From the IMG/VR virus record IMGVR_UViG_2788500588_000003: 64,000 nt of DNA; one strand, 5' to 3'. The notes beneath the pieces were generated by a model. That model was not told where the DNA came from and searched no databases. It saw only the letters and a program-made list of their open reading frames with translations. Shown here piece after piece: positions 48,294 to 58,511 of this stretch (the stretch's first letter is position 1; every line of letters begins with the position of its first letter). The stretch is from an uncultured virus (IMG/VR IMGVR_UViG_2788500588_000003). Taxonomy: Duplodnaviria > Heunggongvirae > Uroviricota > Caudoviricetes. The position numbers and the translations under genes are program-made.

Positions 48294-48449
48294 CTACTTT
48301 TCTGGTTCGTCTGATTCCGTTTTCTTAGCTGGAGCACGTTTACTCTTAGGTGCTTCCACCTCTTCAAATTCATCAGTACGTAAAAGACGGGCACCGTGTT
48401 CCTCAGTGACCGCCCATGTAATTTCTGTTTTCAAATTTTTAACAAACAC
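48294..48449 (-). CDS. Small head-region protein, 51 aa
   Basis: Hand translation MFVKNLKTEITWAVTEEHGARLL...; AGGAGG RBS. Confidence 0.65.
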   Translation of the reverse strand: MFVKNLKTEITWAVTEEHGARLLRTDEFEEVEAPKSKRAPAKKTESDEPEK

Positions 48450-48462
48450 TTAAAACCCCTCC

Positions 48463-49326
48463 TTATTGTGGACGTTTAGCTGATAACACTGCTAGAGCTT
48501 CAGGACGTGTCACTTTGGCACCGTATAGGTGAAGTCCTTTCACTGCATCCGCAAATCGTTTTTCTGGACGGTATCCCTCTACTTGTGCGGCTTGCTCAGC
48601 ATACGTCCACGCCATATTATGTCCTGCAATGATCTTTGAGTTTGCAACCACTCCAGTATCTGCAGCAACAGTAGGAGCATTGTTAGATTTCATTAATAAG
48701 AAGCCTGCTGCACGTCCTACTACACCATTTAATAAACGCTCGTCAGCCGGTAGAGCTCCAGAACCCACAAAGCGATCATCTTTTAACAATAAACCTTCAA
48801 ACCAAGGTGGTAAAACAGCAAAACGTCCTTGTGTTGGTACGTTTGATTCATCAAGCTTTGTTGAAAGATCCACTAAATACTCGTAAGCATTTTCTTTTGT
48901 TACTTCAATTGGTGTTGCATCAGTACCAATAGTATTCGTAGCATGTACATAATGTGATGCAATAAATTGATCAGCAACATTCGAAAGTGCATAAGCAGCT
49001 TCAGCCATTGCAGCATCCATTAATTTTGGGTTTTGTTGAATTTTATCAAGATCATCAATTTGGAAATTGAAGAATTTTGATTCAGTAATTTGTAGTGAAC
49101 GAGTGTGATCTGTTAGCTCTTCTGGATCACCCATATTAGAGTTTTTAGTATAGTCACCGATTGTTACAGCACCAATACCATTGATTTTTACAGTGTCACC
49201 ATAAGCCTTAATTTCACCTTCGTAATCACGATTGATTACACCAGCTTGTCCGAATACTAAAGATTTTTGTAAGTTGTGTAATAGGCGAGCTGACCAGATT
49301 ATTGGAATAAAGTTTGTAATTGCCAT
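48463..49326 (-). CDS. Major capsid protein (P22-coat-like family)
   Basis: NFIP.IWSARLL, NRDYEGEI..GDTVKI and FADAVKGLHLYGAKV motifs. Confidence 0.92.
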   Translation of the reverse strand: MAITNFIPIIWSARLLHNLQKSLVFGQAGVINRDYEGEIKAYGDTVKINGIGAVTIGDYTKNSNMGDPEELTDHTRSLQITESKFFNFQIDDLDKIQQNPKLMDAAMAEAAYALSNVADQFIASHYVHATNTIGTDATPIEVTKENAYEYLVDLSTKLDESNVPTQGRFAVLPPWFEGLLLKDDRFVGSGALPADERLLNGVVGRAAGFLLMKSNNAPTVAADTGVVANSKIIAGHNMAWTYAEQAAQVEGYRPEKRFADAVKGLHLYGAKVTRPEALAVLSAKRPQ

Positions 49327-49356
49327 ATTGTTATTTCCTCCTTACCGATAATCGGT

Positions 49357-50052
49357 TTATAGTAATTTGTTTTTAACGATTTCATCCCAGTTTGCATTGA
49401 TTTCTTCAGGAGTCATTTTCAGTACTGCCTCTCTCGTCAATGCAGTAGGATGACCGCCTTTTGGTGGTGGTGGCGTTCCTCCGTCTTTGAAGCGTTTATC
49501 AACTTCTGCTTGTACAGCAGCAATAAATTCAGCTTCTAAGATGCCTAAATTAGCATTTGTCTTATCTGCATCCTCACCAACAAAGAACTCTACTAATTTT
49601 GCTGGCAAGCTCTTTTCAGTAGCAGTAGATAACGCTTGATTAAATAGCTTTTCACGCGCTGCTTCTTTTTGAGATTGCTCAAATTGTGCTTTTAAATCGC
49701 GTAACTGTTTTGCTTCCTCCGATTCAGGTGGGTAACGCTTGGAAATCTCATCTTCTAATTTCTTTGGAAGAGTTTTAGTTTCGTACGTTTTAATTGCATC
49801 AGTTACTCGAGTATCAGCAAATGATTGAAGCCATTTCTTACCCTCATCATTGTCGTTTAGAAATGATTGAACTGATTCAAGTGTCAATGTAGCCCCTTGA
49901 CCGTTTCCTCCTGATGCTGGCTCCGGTGTAGGTTCAGGCGTTGGCTCGGGATTAGGATCTCCTTCTCCCGCAAGCATTTGAATATCTAAAGGTAATAGAG
50001 TTCTTAAATTGAATGGATTTTGATAATATTTCATGTTTTCCTCCTTGCCCAA
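49357..50052 (-). CDS. Capsid scaffolding protein (DUF4355-like)
   Basis: LPLDIQMLA leader, coiled coil, MTPEEIN C-terminus. Confidence 0.85.
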   Translation of the reverse strand: MGKEENMKYYQNPFNLRTLLPLDIQMLAGEGDPNPEPTPEPTPEPASGGNGQGATLTLESVQSFLNDNDEGKKWLQSFADTRVTDAIKTYETKTLPKKLEDEISKRYPPESEEAKQLRDLKAQFEQSQKEAAREKLFNQALSTATEKSLPAKLVEFFVGEDADKTNANLGILEAEFIAAVQAEVDKRFKDGGTPPPPKGGHPTALTREAVLKMTPEEINANWDEIVKNKLL

Positions 50053-50240
50053 TTTAGTTATCCGTAAGAATCCCTAAACTGTTCAATAGTGTATTTGTTC
50101 TCGTTCTTTATTGCGTCTGCGAGAGGAAAGACAAAAATAAAAAGCCATTCAAAGTGAATGACTTGTGTAGGTTTATAACAATTTTTGATTAATATCATGA
50201 GAAAAAACCAAGTTTTGAACAAGCAGAATAAGCAGTTTAA

Positions 50241-50471
50241 TTACCATTTCTCGTTATTTTTATAATTTTTCATATGAATGTACTCATCATTTTTCATTTT
50301 CTTCCAACTACTAATACCATTCAAAATAAGCATAAAAACCACAAATAAGGCTGAACCCACCATGTAATGACCTGAGTAAAAAATAACAAAAGCCGCAACC
50401 AATAATGATATCATCAGCAATATCGCTAAAATTTGGAATTTATTATTCTTTTTATGATTCATAAAATGCAC
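50241..50471 (-). CDS. Small two-TM moron protein
   Basis: Hydrophobic ORF with GGAGGTG RBS, inserted in the head operon. Confidence 0.6.
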   Translation of the reverse strand: MHFMNHKKNNKFQILAILLMISLLVAAFVIFYSGHYMVGSALFVVFMLILNGISSWKKMKNDEYIHMKNYKNNEKW

Positions 50472-50604
50472 CTCCTAATTAAATGTTTTTTTGTTATTTC
50501 AATACGTTATTATGGTTTATTTTACCACACGATTAAAATTCTTATATAACTTTCCTTACTTAATTACAAAATAATTTTGATTACCCTTGAGAAACTTTCA
50601 AACT

Positions 50605-51621
50605 TCAATTTGCGCTAAATTTTTTCTTCCACTCTTCATAACTCATAAATGGCACCGTTACACTCGGCGGTTTAACCTGTTTATACGCTTTGTTAAAAGC
50701 TTGTCTATAAGTTAGACCTTGATCAGACATATAAGCATCAATACGTGTGGCCAATTGCTTTTGGTAAGTATCATCCATGTAGTCTCTGCCTCGCCTGTAT
50801 TCTGGTAACTTGCCATTCACCATGTAAATCGTGTGGCAACGACACTGTATATCCAACGATGCAATACCCCACAACCTAGGAGCTTTGGATTTCCATGATC
50901 CGTAATGGAAATAACCATCTTTATCAGCTTTCTGCCCGTCTAGCTTTCTATGAGACTTCCTTACCCTGGTATCAAGTGAGGACATCCAAACCTTAGTTAG
51001 CCGCGCTGTCTTGCTCGCCTGTTCCTCAATAGCTAAATCAACCTGTGATCTCACACGGCCACCTTCAGTACGAGCTACTAGAATGGCTTTTTTTCTCGTC
51101 CATCCCATAGCTTGTTCAATTCGTATCGCCATATCTGTGTAGCCTTCACCAGCCTGCAAGCTTTGCGCTATCTCGATGTTCAAACGTCTGATTATTTCGT
51201 TTCTATGTGCCTCGAATATCTTTGGCAACGTCAAAAACTCAACAGGATTAGTTAACGCTGCTTGAATCACCTCAGCAGATGGTGTTTTAAAGCCCATTTC
51301 CTCACCTGTAGACTGTTGTAAGAGGTAAGCCATCAATAAGTATCTCTCGATGTAAAGACGCTCCTGCGAAGTTTGTATGAGCTTAATAATCTCTTTGTAA
51401 TCAGCGTTCAACTGTTGAGCAATTAACTTCATCTCTTGGTTGAAGCGATTATATTTGTTAACGTCAGTCCAAGTAGCTTCTCCATTTCTGCCAAACTTAC
51501 GATGCATCTCTAACATTTGAGCGAGAATAGTCTTTAATCGTCTCGCAAAAACAATCTCAATGTCCCTCTCAGCTTTAGCTTCTAAATCATCTAAGATACG
51601 ATTGATTTCCTGTTGATTCAT
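50605..51621 (-). CDS. Minor head protein (Mu gpF / SPP1 gp7)
   Basis: VARTE, W.SSLD.RVR.SH..LDG and IQCRC motifs. Confidence 0.92.
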   Translation of the reverse strand: MNQQEINRILDDLEAKAERDIEIVFARRLKTILAQMLEMHRKFGRNGEATWTDVNKYNRFNQEMKLIAQQLNADYKEIIKLIQTSQERLYIERYLLMAYLLQQSTGEEMGFKTPSAEVIQAALTNPVEFLTLPKIFEAHRNEIIRRLNIEIAQSLQAGEGYTDMAIRIEQAMGWTRKKAILVARTEGGRVRSQVDLAIEEQASKTARLTKVWMSSLDTRVRKSHRKLDGQKADKDGYFHYGSWKSKAPRLWGIASLDIQCRCHTIYMVNGKLPEYRRGRDYMDDTYQKQLATRIDAYMSDQGLTYRQAFNKAYKQVKPPSVTVPFMSYEEWKKKFSAN

Positions 51622-53036
51622 GACTCATCAACTTCTTTCGGATCTTCGTTATCCTCGTTCAATGGTTCAAGCTCGTTGCCAAACAATTGTGCGTCTTTCT
51701 GCATTTCTTGAAGTTCATACTCCACATCATCAACAATTGACAACTTAGAAAGGCGAGTACGTTCTGACACTAACCCTTTTAAAGCTTGAGAAGCTTGAGC
51801 CTCGGACAGCAAATCAATAGGGATGTTGCGTTTGTATTCATACCAAACTTTCAAGTAATCATCCTTTGAGCAAATACCTTTTTTGGCCCATGCGCTACAT
51901 AGCACTTTGAATTGGTAGCGAAGAGCAGTCGTGAACTTTCGCTCCATCGTCTTACATTTGTTCTCAAGTGCCATTAATTTGTATTTCATTGCTACGCCAC
52001 TAGCATTACCAGCAAACGATTCATCGCTGAAATTTACACTCTTAGCTAGGCGCATGATGTTCTCTTCTAAGCGATCCAGATGGTTCTCGATCATTTGATC
52101 GTTAACATCTTTGGTTAGATATTTAATGTCGTCATTCTCACCCATTAACTCGAAAATGCCTGTTCGAGCAACCTTCTTGGCGTCTTCGTCATCCATCCCC
52201 ATACCTTTAAGCACCAGGTAAGCCAACCGAAACTGTTCAATCTCGTTTGAAGCATCAGATAAAGTTCGATCATAAGCATCGATGAGGTTGTACACCTTGT
52301 CTGCATCACCCTGTAGTTCCTCGTTATTTGGAACTCCGAATAAAGGGCAATAGTCGAATAAATGCTTTCTTTCATTTTTCAAAGCAAAAGGTGAATCAGT
52401 ATCAGTGCGAGTGTAGAGTCTTTCAGTTGTTGCATCATAAAAGACCAGCTGCTCAATTTCTACTTTTTCACCATCAGCATCAAGTTCAGCACTTTTAAAA
52501 TATCGAATAGCGTATTTTGGTTCACTAACGTCTGCTGTTTCAGAAAGAATGATTGTTTCCCATGGATCAATTGTCGTAACTCGTTCATTTCCGTCCGTAT
52601 CAATGTAAAGCAGTCGTGCTGAATAGCCACAAATAGCTGTTTTCTTGCCTGACTCACTATCAAGATCATCAACAGAATTACGCAAATTAAAAAGCTCAAT
52701 CGCCTCTGATAATTTATCAAGGCCTTGAGCTTGTTTGTCTACTACGTATGAAATTGGATTACCGAACATGTAACCAACTTTTGTATCTACTATTTCAGCG
52801 TCTAAAGGGTTATTGAGTGTATTGTTTACTTTGTCATCAACACGAACCACATGATCATTACCTTGCGCATAATCGGTTGGTTTACGTGTTAAAATCGGTA
52901 CTGCTGACAGTTCAGCTTTGTATCGATTGTAGTTGAGTAATCGCTTGTTTCGTTCAGCCTTGGTTTCTTCTACTAGCTTATCAAGTAATAGAGGTGTAAC
53001 ACCCTTCGCATCGATATAAGCAATGTATTCGTTCAC
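51618..53036 (-). CDS. Portal protein (SPP1 gp6-like)
   Basis: IVDTKVGYMFGNP, LIDAYD..LSD..N and GNASGVAMKYKL motifs. Confidence 0.95.
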   Translation of the reverse strand: MNEYIAYIDAKGVTPLLLDKLVEETKAERNKRLLNYNRYKAELSAVPILTRKPTDYAQGNDHVVRVDDKVNNTLNNPLDAEIVDTKVGYMFGNPISYVVDKQAQGLDKLSEAIELFNLRNSVDDLDSESGKKTAICGYSARLLYIDTDGNERVTTIDPWETIILSETADVSEPKYAIRYFKSAELDADGEKVEIEQLVFYDATTERLYTRTDTDSPFALKNERKHLFDYCPLFGVPNNEELQGDADKVYNLIDAYDRTLSDASNEIEQFRLAYLVLKGMGMDDEDAKKVARTGIFELMGENDDIKYLTKDVNDQMIENHLDRLEENIMRLAKSVNFSDESFAGNASGVAMKYKLMALENKCKTMERKFTTALRYQFKVLCSAWAKKGICSKDDYLKVWYEYKRNIPIDLLSEAQASQALKGLVSERTRLSKLSIVDDVEYELQEMQKDAQLFGNELEPLNEDNEDPKEVDES

Positions 53037-53048
53037 TGTACCACCCCC

Positions 53049-54314
53049 TTATTTTGAATTGACCCCTTTCACGCTGGCAACATCGTAATCATCCAGCCCA
53101 TACCACATTGCCGAAAATGTATGTGGATCAATATTAAATTCGTCTTCATAGATTTCATCTGTTTTAGGATCTTTCTTGAAGGTTAGCTCCTTCAACTCTC
53201 GAATTGTATTTACACAAGCATCTGAACAAATGATACGCTTGAAACGTTTCATCTTCTTTGTGTTCTCAATACGCGTTAGCTTCTTACAAGCAAACATACG
53301 AAAGCCTCGCTGCTTGTAGTAAGCAATTGTTTTTGGCTCCGCATTATCAGCTTTAATTATTGATTTCTTTAACCCTTCTTCCTCAAGTTCATCAGCAGTT
53401 TTATCATCGGTCATGCCTCGTTTGTAATACTCCCAGTAGATGTATAGCCACTTATTCTCATGATCTACAACCATGCGTAATAGTGCATTGTAGGAATCAA
53501 CAAATCCAAAGTCCATGCCGTTCTTTCGTATTGGTTTTCTAATATTGGCTATTTCAGCCATTACCTCGTCATGAGGCTTTGTCTCAAACTGTGGCAACAC
53601 TAATACCCCGTTGACTCCGAAACGCCCTTTACGCGCAATTCTATAAAGATCAGGATCATATGACTCCATTTCATCAAGTTGTTCGATATAGCTTGCTGGC
53701 AAAAACAAATTATCATCTGCTGTTGAGTGGTGATAATATGTGTTGTTCACTATGATGGTTCTTAGCTTGTAAAGTTCCTCATCATCTAAGACAAAGTAGT
53801 CTTCCAACTCGTTTTTAAAGAAATGCTTATACACCCAATTCCCTTTTGATACTGGATTAGTGGAAAGAATAATAAACAGGGCCAATGTTGGATGTCGTAA
53901 ACGGCCTAGTAATTCCTTAAAACCTGCATATTTAATTTCACTACATTCCTCCAACCAAATGAGAGAAATGTTGTTGATAGATTTTAGCTTTTCAGGTTTA
54001 TCCATTCCTCGAAAGATTATCTTAGAGCCATTCGGGAACTTCACAGTCATAGGTGATGAACTCGTCTTTATCTTGCCAGATAAACCTAAATCCTCAATGA
54101 TTTCAGTAAACAAAGAAAACGTACTATCTCTGTGTGTATCGTAAACTTCACGAACGACAAGAGCTGTACGTTTTTCTTCAAGTAATTTCAAAAGTATTTT
54201 AAGTGCTACATGATAGGACTTCGAAGAACCATACCCTCCGACTAAAAGTTGAGTTTTGCAACTCCAGTCGAAAAGGAAATCGTCAAATCGAGGATTAATT
54301 TCTTTCTCCATCAA
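53049..54314 (-). CDS. Terminase large subunit (PBSX family)
   Basis: GGYGSSKS Walker A, IWLEE, STNP, DFGF and [10 protein letters not shown] motifs. Confidence 0.95.
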   Translation of the reverse strand: MMEKEINPRFDDFLFDWSCKTQLLVGGYGSSKSYHVALKILLKLLEEKRTALVVREVYDTHRDSTFSLFTEIIEDLGLSGKIKTSSSPMTVKFPNGSKIIFRGMDKPEKLKSINNISLIWLEECSEIKYAGFKELLGRLRHPTLALFIILSTNPVSKGNWVYKHFFKNELEDYFVLDDEELYKLRTIIVNNTYYHHSTADDNLFLPASYIEQLDEMESYDPDLYRIARKGRFGVNGVLVLPQFETKPHDEVMAEIANIRKPIRKNGMDFGFVDSYNALLRMVVDHENKWLYIYWEYYKRGMTDDKTADELEEEGLKKSIIKADNAEPKTIAYYKQRGFRMFACKKLTRIENTKKMKRFKRIICSDACVNTIRELKELTFKKDPKTDEIYEDEFNIDPHTFSAMWYGLDDYDVASVKGVNSK

Positions 54315-55084
54315 TCCTCACCCTTTCGTTTGATGACAATCTCAATAGGTCCATCTTCTTTATTATCAAGTTTTTCAATTTCTGCTTTCGTCTTATCAAT
54401 GTTCAACTGCATCTGCTCCAGTTTAAGCCTACGTTCATCATCCTCTGTTGTAAGGTCCATAAACTGCTTAACCAAGTTACGATGTTCAGCAAATGCCCTT
54501 GTTTGAGCCTTAATGTAAGATTCATAGCGTTCATGAGCATAGATGACTTTGTAATCTGTCTTGCTCATGCCCTCTGCATCCATCTCACCACTGATTTCTT
54601 TCAGATGGTCAAACGGATCTTCAACCCACATAATCTTTTGAGCACGAATGATAGCAGCAAAGCTCAATTCAATTTGCAACCATAACTGGTCAACTACATC
54701 GAAGTCTTGTAAAGCCTCCATGATTTCAACTTGTTCATCAAAAAGGAACTTACTTCGCAAGCCATGAATCATAGCAGCCCTGTTCCGTTTGGTGAATTGA
54801 TTTTGCGGATTTGGGTTACCACTCCTCTTCTTCACTCGCCCATCCTTCTTGGGAGGTTTGTCGTTTATGACTTCTTCTGCATCATTGTTAATTGTAGTTT
54901 CATTTGTAGTACTGCATTCATTTGTTTGTAGTACTACATTCCACTTATCACGACTTTTCCACGCTGATATTGTTTTCTCTGGTACATTCAATTGTTCAGC
55001 TATTGCTCGATTGGTTATGTCGCCATTATGTTGTTTGAATATCTTAAGTGCTTCATCTCTTCTAGGATCTCTTTGTCTAGCCAT
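54311..55084 (-). CDS. Terminase small subunit
   Basis: [25 protein letters not shown]. Confidence 0.9.
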   Translation of the reverse strand: MARQRDPRRDEALKIFKQHNGDITNRAIAEQLNVPEKTISAWKSRDKWNVVLQTNECSTTNETTINNDAEEVINDKPPKKDGRVKKRSGNPNPQNQFTKRNRAAMIHGLRSKFLFDEQVEIMEALQDFDVVDQLWLQIELSFAAIIRAQKIMWVEDPFDHLKEISGEMDAEGMSKTDYKVIYAHERYESYIKAQTRAFAEHRNLVKQFMDLTTEDDERRLKLEQMQLNIDKTKAEIEKLDNKEDGPIEIVIKRKGED

Positions 55085-55142
55085 ATCTCATAAACACCAC
55101 CTCCAGAATCATGTCTGGTTCACGATGAACCTGACCTATATA

Positions 55143-55243
55143 TTTCACTCTCAAAAGTAAGTACCGACGAATCAAAGGGGAGGAAAACTCTGCTCGATAC
55201 TCACTTTTCAGGGCAAAATAAAAACACCCCGAAGGATGTTTTT
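55143..55243 (-). repeat. UUCG terminator plus long hairpin unit (copy 1)
   Basis: Shares CACTCTCAAAA...TTTTCA.RGCAAAA.AAAAA frame with 55656-55765. Confidence 0.55.
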
Positions 55244-55244
55244 C

Positions 55245-55592
55245 TTATAGTCTTGGCAAATTAAGAGTTTTAATTATATTTTTTAGTAATTCAGATACCT
55301 CGTGAATATCCAGGTTGCCGTTGGTAATCAGTTCTAATAACCTTTCATCACTAATGGTACTTTCGCTCACATTTTTTTTCTTACTAATGGTTTGTCCATT
55401 ATCAGGTTGGATTGTTTGCTCAGTATATTTTCTTATTTCCCACGAGCCTTTGCTTATCCATATCTCTCTGATTTCTTCTTCAAAACCCAACCCACCATTT
55501 ATATCCTTACTTTTTAATACTAGATATGATAATTTTTCTGTTTTATCAGCACTTTGATCTGATAAATTTGATATAGCTTCTATAAGATTCAT
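55245..55592 (-). CDS. Hypothetical moron protein
   Basis: 115-aa ORF, GGAGGTG RBS. Confidence 0.7.
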   Translation of the reverse strand: MNLIEAISNLSDQSADKTEKLSYLVLKSKDINGGLGFEEEIREIWISKGSWEIRKYTEQTIQPDNGQTISKKKNVSESTISDERLLELITNGNLDIHEVSELLKNIIKTLNLPRL

Positions 55593-55655
55593 TGATCTTC
55601 ACCTCCCACTTAATCATAAGCCGGGAGGTAACAAATTGGAACAATTTTCTACAAA

Positions 55656-55765
55656 TTCCACTCTCAAAACCACACCAAACTCTGCCCTCTCAACTCATAG
55701 TGTTTTGGCTGTTTGATGCAGTTTTCAAAGCAAAAGAAAAAGCCTCCATCCGAAGATGAAAGCTT
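55656..55765 (-). repeat. UUCG terminator plus long hairpin unit (copy 2)
   Basis: Minus strand TGAAAACTGCATCAAAC...GTTTGGTGTGGTTTTGA stem. Confidence 0.55.
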
Positions 55766-55969
55766 AAATATTGTGGTAAATTGTCGAGTGCTCTTTTCCG
55801 ACTCGTGGTAGAGCGACACCACGTTATTTTGTAACGAATTGTGTTCTAATTTTAGAGTGCATTTCCGTGCACTTGTTGATGTAGTAAGTTTGACTGAAAT
55901 TATGGAAAGTGGACGAAGTTCACATATAAACCACTTCTTCAGTTTTATTTGCCTGTTCCCTATATCTCT

Positions 55970-56119
55970 TAAAAAATATGGGCCGGCCATGTATGTCTTG
56001 CTCCGAACAAGTTTGTTCAGCGCGGGTCGGTCGTCGGTCTGTCTTTTCCTAATATTTAGGATTTTATAAATACCAAGGGAGGAAACCTTTACCGCACCGA
56101 ACCTACCTCCGAGTTTACA
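55970..56119 (-). ncRNA. Conserved structured late-operon leader (copy 2)
   Basis: Homologous to 15575-15715 with compensatory changes. Confidence 0.55.
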
Positions 56120-56143
56120 ATACATTTTTTCTATCACAAACTT

Positions 56144-56186
56144 TCGTACATATATTACATTTGTTCCTTCTGTTACATTTGTTCCA
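56144..56186. promoter_or_regulatory. 9-bp-period repeats, putative late-activator binding sites
   Basis: TCGTACA, TATTACA, TGTTCCT, TGTTACA and TGTTCCA at 56144/53/62/71/80. Confidence 0.6.
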
Positions 56187-56270
56187 ATGTCAAGAAAAGT
56201 AATAATTTATTTAATGCTCTACATCTGCAAGTAAGCAACAACTTACATGAGACATCAGTCAATTAATTTA

Positions 56271-56323
56271 AGAGGAAAATAGCTTGACTTCACGAAACTT
56301 ATGAAGTCAAGCTATTTTCCTCT
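56271..56323. terminator. Perfect 22-bp inverted repeat ending the tripartite cassette
   Basis: AGAGGAAAATAGCTTGACTTCA / TGAAGTCAAGCTATTTTCCTCT. Confidence 0.7.
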
Positions 56324-56334
56324 CTCTTAAATTA

Positions 56335-56910
56335 TTATTTTTTAGAAGTTCCTAAATCATCATACTCTTGCAAAATTTCTTTATTACTTCTTTCAAAGTC
56401 AGACCCTACTCTTGAAAAGAAATTCCCAAAATGGTGAGAAATTTGTTCTAAATATGGATTCGTTGGTCGTAACCTTTTAGTTTGTTTTTTAGCAAAAGCA
56501 TCTAAAAACGCATAAGGCAAGGTATGTAATTTAGAATAATCAATTATATATGACTTATCTAACACTTCATGTTCCTTATGTAAGATAAAATATCCTGGTC
56601 TACGTCCGGAATTGGTTTCGGAAACTAAATTTTTTGAATAAGCATTAATAGGATAGATGCTTGCACAAATCACTGATTCAATAGGTTTCCTACCTCTTTC
56701 TGGCTCATTTGCTAAGTCACAAGCTTGACTCATAACAATCAAATTTTTTGTTTCAACAAGAACTTCCGAATGTTTTTCTAAATTTTCAAAAGTAAAATCA
56801 GGAAGACTTTCTATGTGATTAATTCCAATTGTAATAATAGGAACATCAAATAAAATATCTCCCTGTGTAATTAATTCAGTTGACTTTCCTAGATGGTAAA
56901 GAGAAGACAT
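56335..56910 (-). CDS. Putative PemK/MazF-fold toxin-like protein
   Basis: QGDI...LIVMSQACDL...PY.E....HF..FF.RVG pattern. Confidence 0.6.
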   Translation of the reverse strand: MSSLYHLGKSTELITQGDILFDVPIITIGINHIESLPDFTFENLEKHSEVLVETKNLIVMSQACDLANEPERGRKPIESVICASIYPINAYSKNLVSETNSGRRPGYFILHKEHEVLDKSYIIDYSKLHTLPYAFLDAFAKKQTKRLRPTNPYLEQISHHFGNFFSRVGSDFERSNKEILQEYDDLGTSKK

Positions 56911-57467
56911 TATGAAAGGTCACTTCCCATCTCAACATTTTCTATTGCCTTAAAAGGAATATTAATTCTTGTTTTATTCACTGGGAAAGAAGGCTCTTCT
57001 CTTTCATAATTCAGATTATCCTCTATACCATTCGAAGATAATACAACAGTTCTTTTAACTTCTCGGAAGGGCACATTGAGACGCACCTTATTAATTTCTA
57101 CAGAAGGTTCTTCTCTTTCGTAATTAATAACTTTCTCGCGAAAATCTGAAAAGTTAGAAGCTAGTTGACTTTGAGAAGCGATGTTCTTCTTTTCAGCCAT
57201 GGCTTTCATCCCCTTCACAATAGACGGACTTTGAGAAACAACGAACTTTGGTTGGTTTTTTGATGACATAATATGCGCATGTGCTGTCATCTGACTATCA
57301 AAACTCGAATTATACTTTCCTACACTTTCACTAACTGAAGTTTTAACATTTTGTGGTGTAGCTGCTGGTGAGCATAGACTAACTACATTGCAAAAAGCAA
57401 TAACAGCAGTAGCTTTAATAAAAGTGTTAACAGTTCTTTCTTTTTTATACGCTATTGTTGCTACCAT
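56910..57467 (-). CDS. Hypothetical protein with hydrophobic N-terminus and two C-terminal repeats
   Basis: NYEREEPS...NK.R.N.PF twice, 38 aa apart; TAATG coupling to the next gene. Confidence 0.75.
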   Translation of the reverse strand: MVATIAYKKERTVNTFIKATAVIAFCNVVSLCSPAATPQNVKTSVSESVGKYNSSFDSQMTAHAHIMSSKNQPKFVVSQSPSIVKGMKAMAEKKNIASQSQLASNFSDFREKVINYEREEPSVEINKVRLNVPFREVKRTVVLSSNGIEDNLNYEREEPSFPVNKTRINIPFKAIENVEMGSDLS

Positions 57468-57470
57468 ATA

Positions 57471-57875
57471 TTACTCACCTTCCTTTAAAAAAGTTACAGG
57501 TATGTGGAATGTATTAAGTTTTTCCTCATTAAATAATACTTCTACAGAATAAAAACCAGAACCTTTGAAAGGTAAGTTATTGAATGATACCCCCAAAGTA
57601 AAGCCCATAAACACTTCTTTGTTATCAACACTTCCTGGTGTGTCGTTAGGAACATGTATGAAGTCTGTATCAAAGAAATCATTGTTTTGAGGATCTTTGA
57701 CTATTATTCTACAAGTATTATCCTCTAGTAAAGAGTAATCACATACAGTAAAAACAATATTTAAAGAAAATTCATCAGTGTTAACTTCTACAATATCTAG
57801 TGGACTAAAAACCCCACTCTGACTTCTAAAATTTTCATCGTTTTCACAAAAAACGAAATTAGTTAGCTTTGCCAT
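57471..57875 (-). CDS. Beta-sandwich protein (DUF6941-like)
   Basis: FVFCE...F.NLPF...G.Y.VEV.FN.E.L....IPV pattern. Confidence 0.6.
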   Translation of the reverse strand: MAKLTNFVFCENDENFRSQSGVFSPLDIVEVNTDEFSLNIVFTVCDYSLLEDNTCRIIVKDPQNNDFFDTDFIHVPNDTPGSVDNKEVFMGFTLGVSFNNLPFKGSGFYSVEVLFNEEKLNTFHIPVTFLKEGE

Positions 57876-58070
57876 GTTTGTTCTCTCCTAAAACATATGA
57901 TAAACCTTCCCTAGACTAATTATACACCACTGAGAGTTACTTTTGAAAATTTATTGATGAAATTTACTCTGTTATCGAAAAATGTTATTACTGAAAATAA
58001 AAAAGCCTTGGGAAACCTATATAAATAAGTTTCCCAAGGTTGTTAGTTACCTTAAAGAATTATTCCTACT

Positions 58071-58511
58071 TTATTGCACTATCATCTGATTCAAAATGTC
58101 ATTTCTAACCCTAAATATTGTAGTGCTAGATAATCTCATATGCTTACCAATAGCACGCATGCTATCACCATCCAGCAATCTATGGAGGACCTCAATCTCC
58201 CTGTCTCCGGTTACTAGTGGTATACGCACTTGCACTTCCGCAATCTTTTGCTCATATTCCTTAATGCGATAATTAAGTGCATAAACTCTGCGTTGTACTT
58301 CTGTATACACTGGATCACTTGTACCTCCACTTGCCTTCGGCAATGTTGCCTCAATACCATACATAGCCGTTTTCGCCCCAATGTAACTGTTATTATCAAC
58401 CTTTGCAACTGGCTGTCTTGCTTCTTCAATGGTTTCAACCATCCATCGATAATTTTCAATCCACTGAAGTAAATTCTCTTTAGTTACTTTAATTTGCCCT
58501 TGTTTGCCCAT
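58071..58511 (-). CDS. Late transcriptional activator (ArpU/RinA-like)
   Basis: YGIEATLPKA.G..SDPV plus C-terminal HTH. Confidence 0.8.
   Translation of the reverse strand: MGKQGQIKVTKENLLQWIENYRWMVETIEEARQPVAKVDNNSYIGAKTAMYGIEATLPKASGGTSDPVYTEVQRRVYALNYRIKEYEQKIAEVQVRIPLVTGDREIEVLHRLLDGDSMRAIGKHMRLSSTTIFRVRNDILNQMIVQ

Noticed and set aside
55664..56137. 157-aa minus-strand ORF
   Set aside because: No RBS, spans the promoter and hairpins, and the homologous tail-element region has no such ORF
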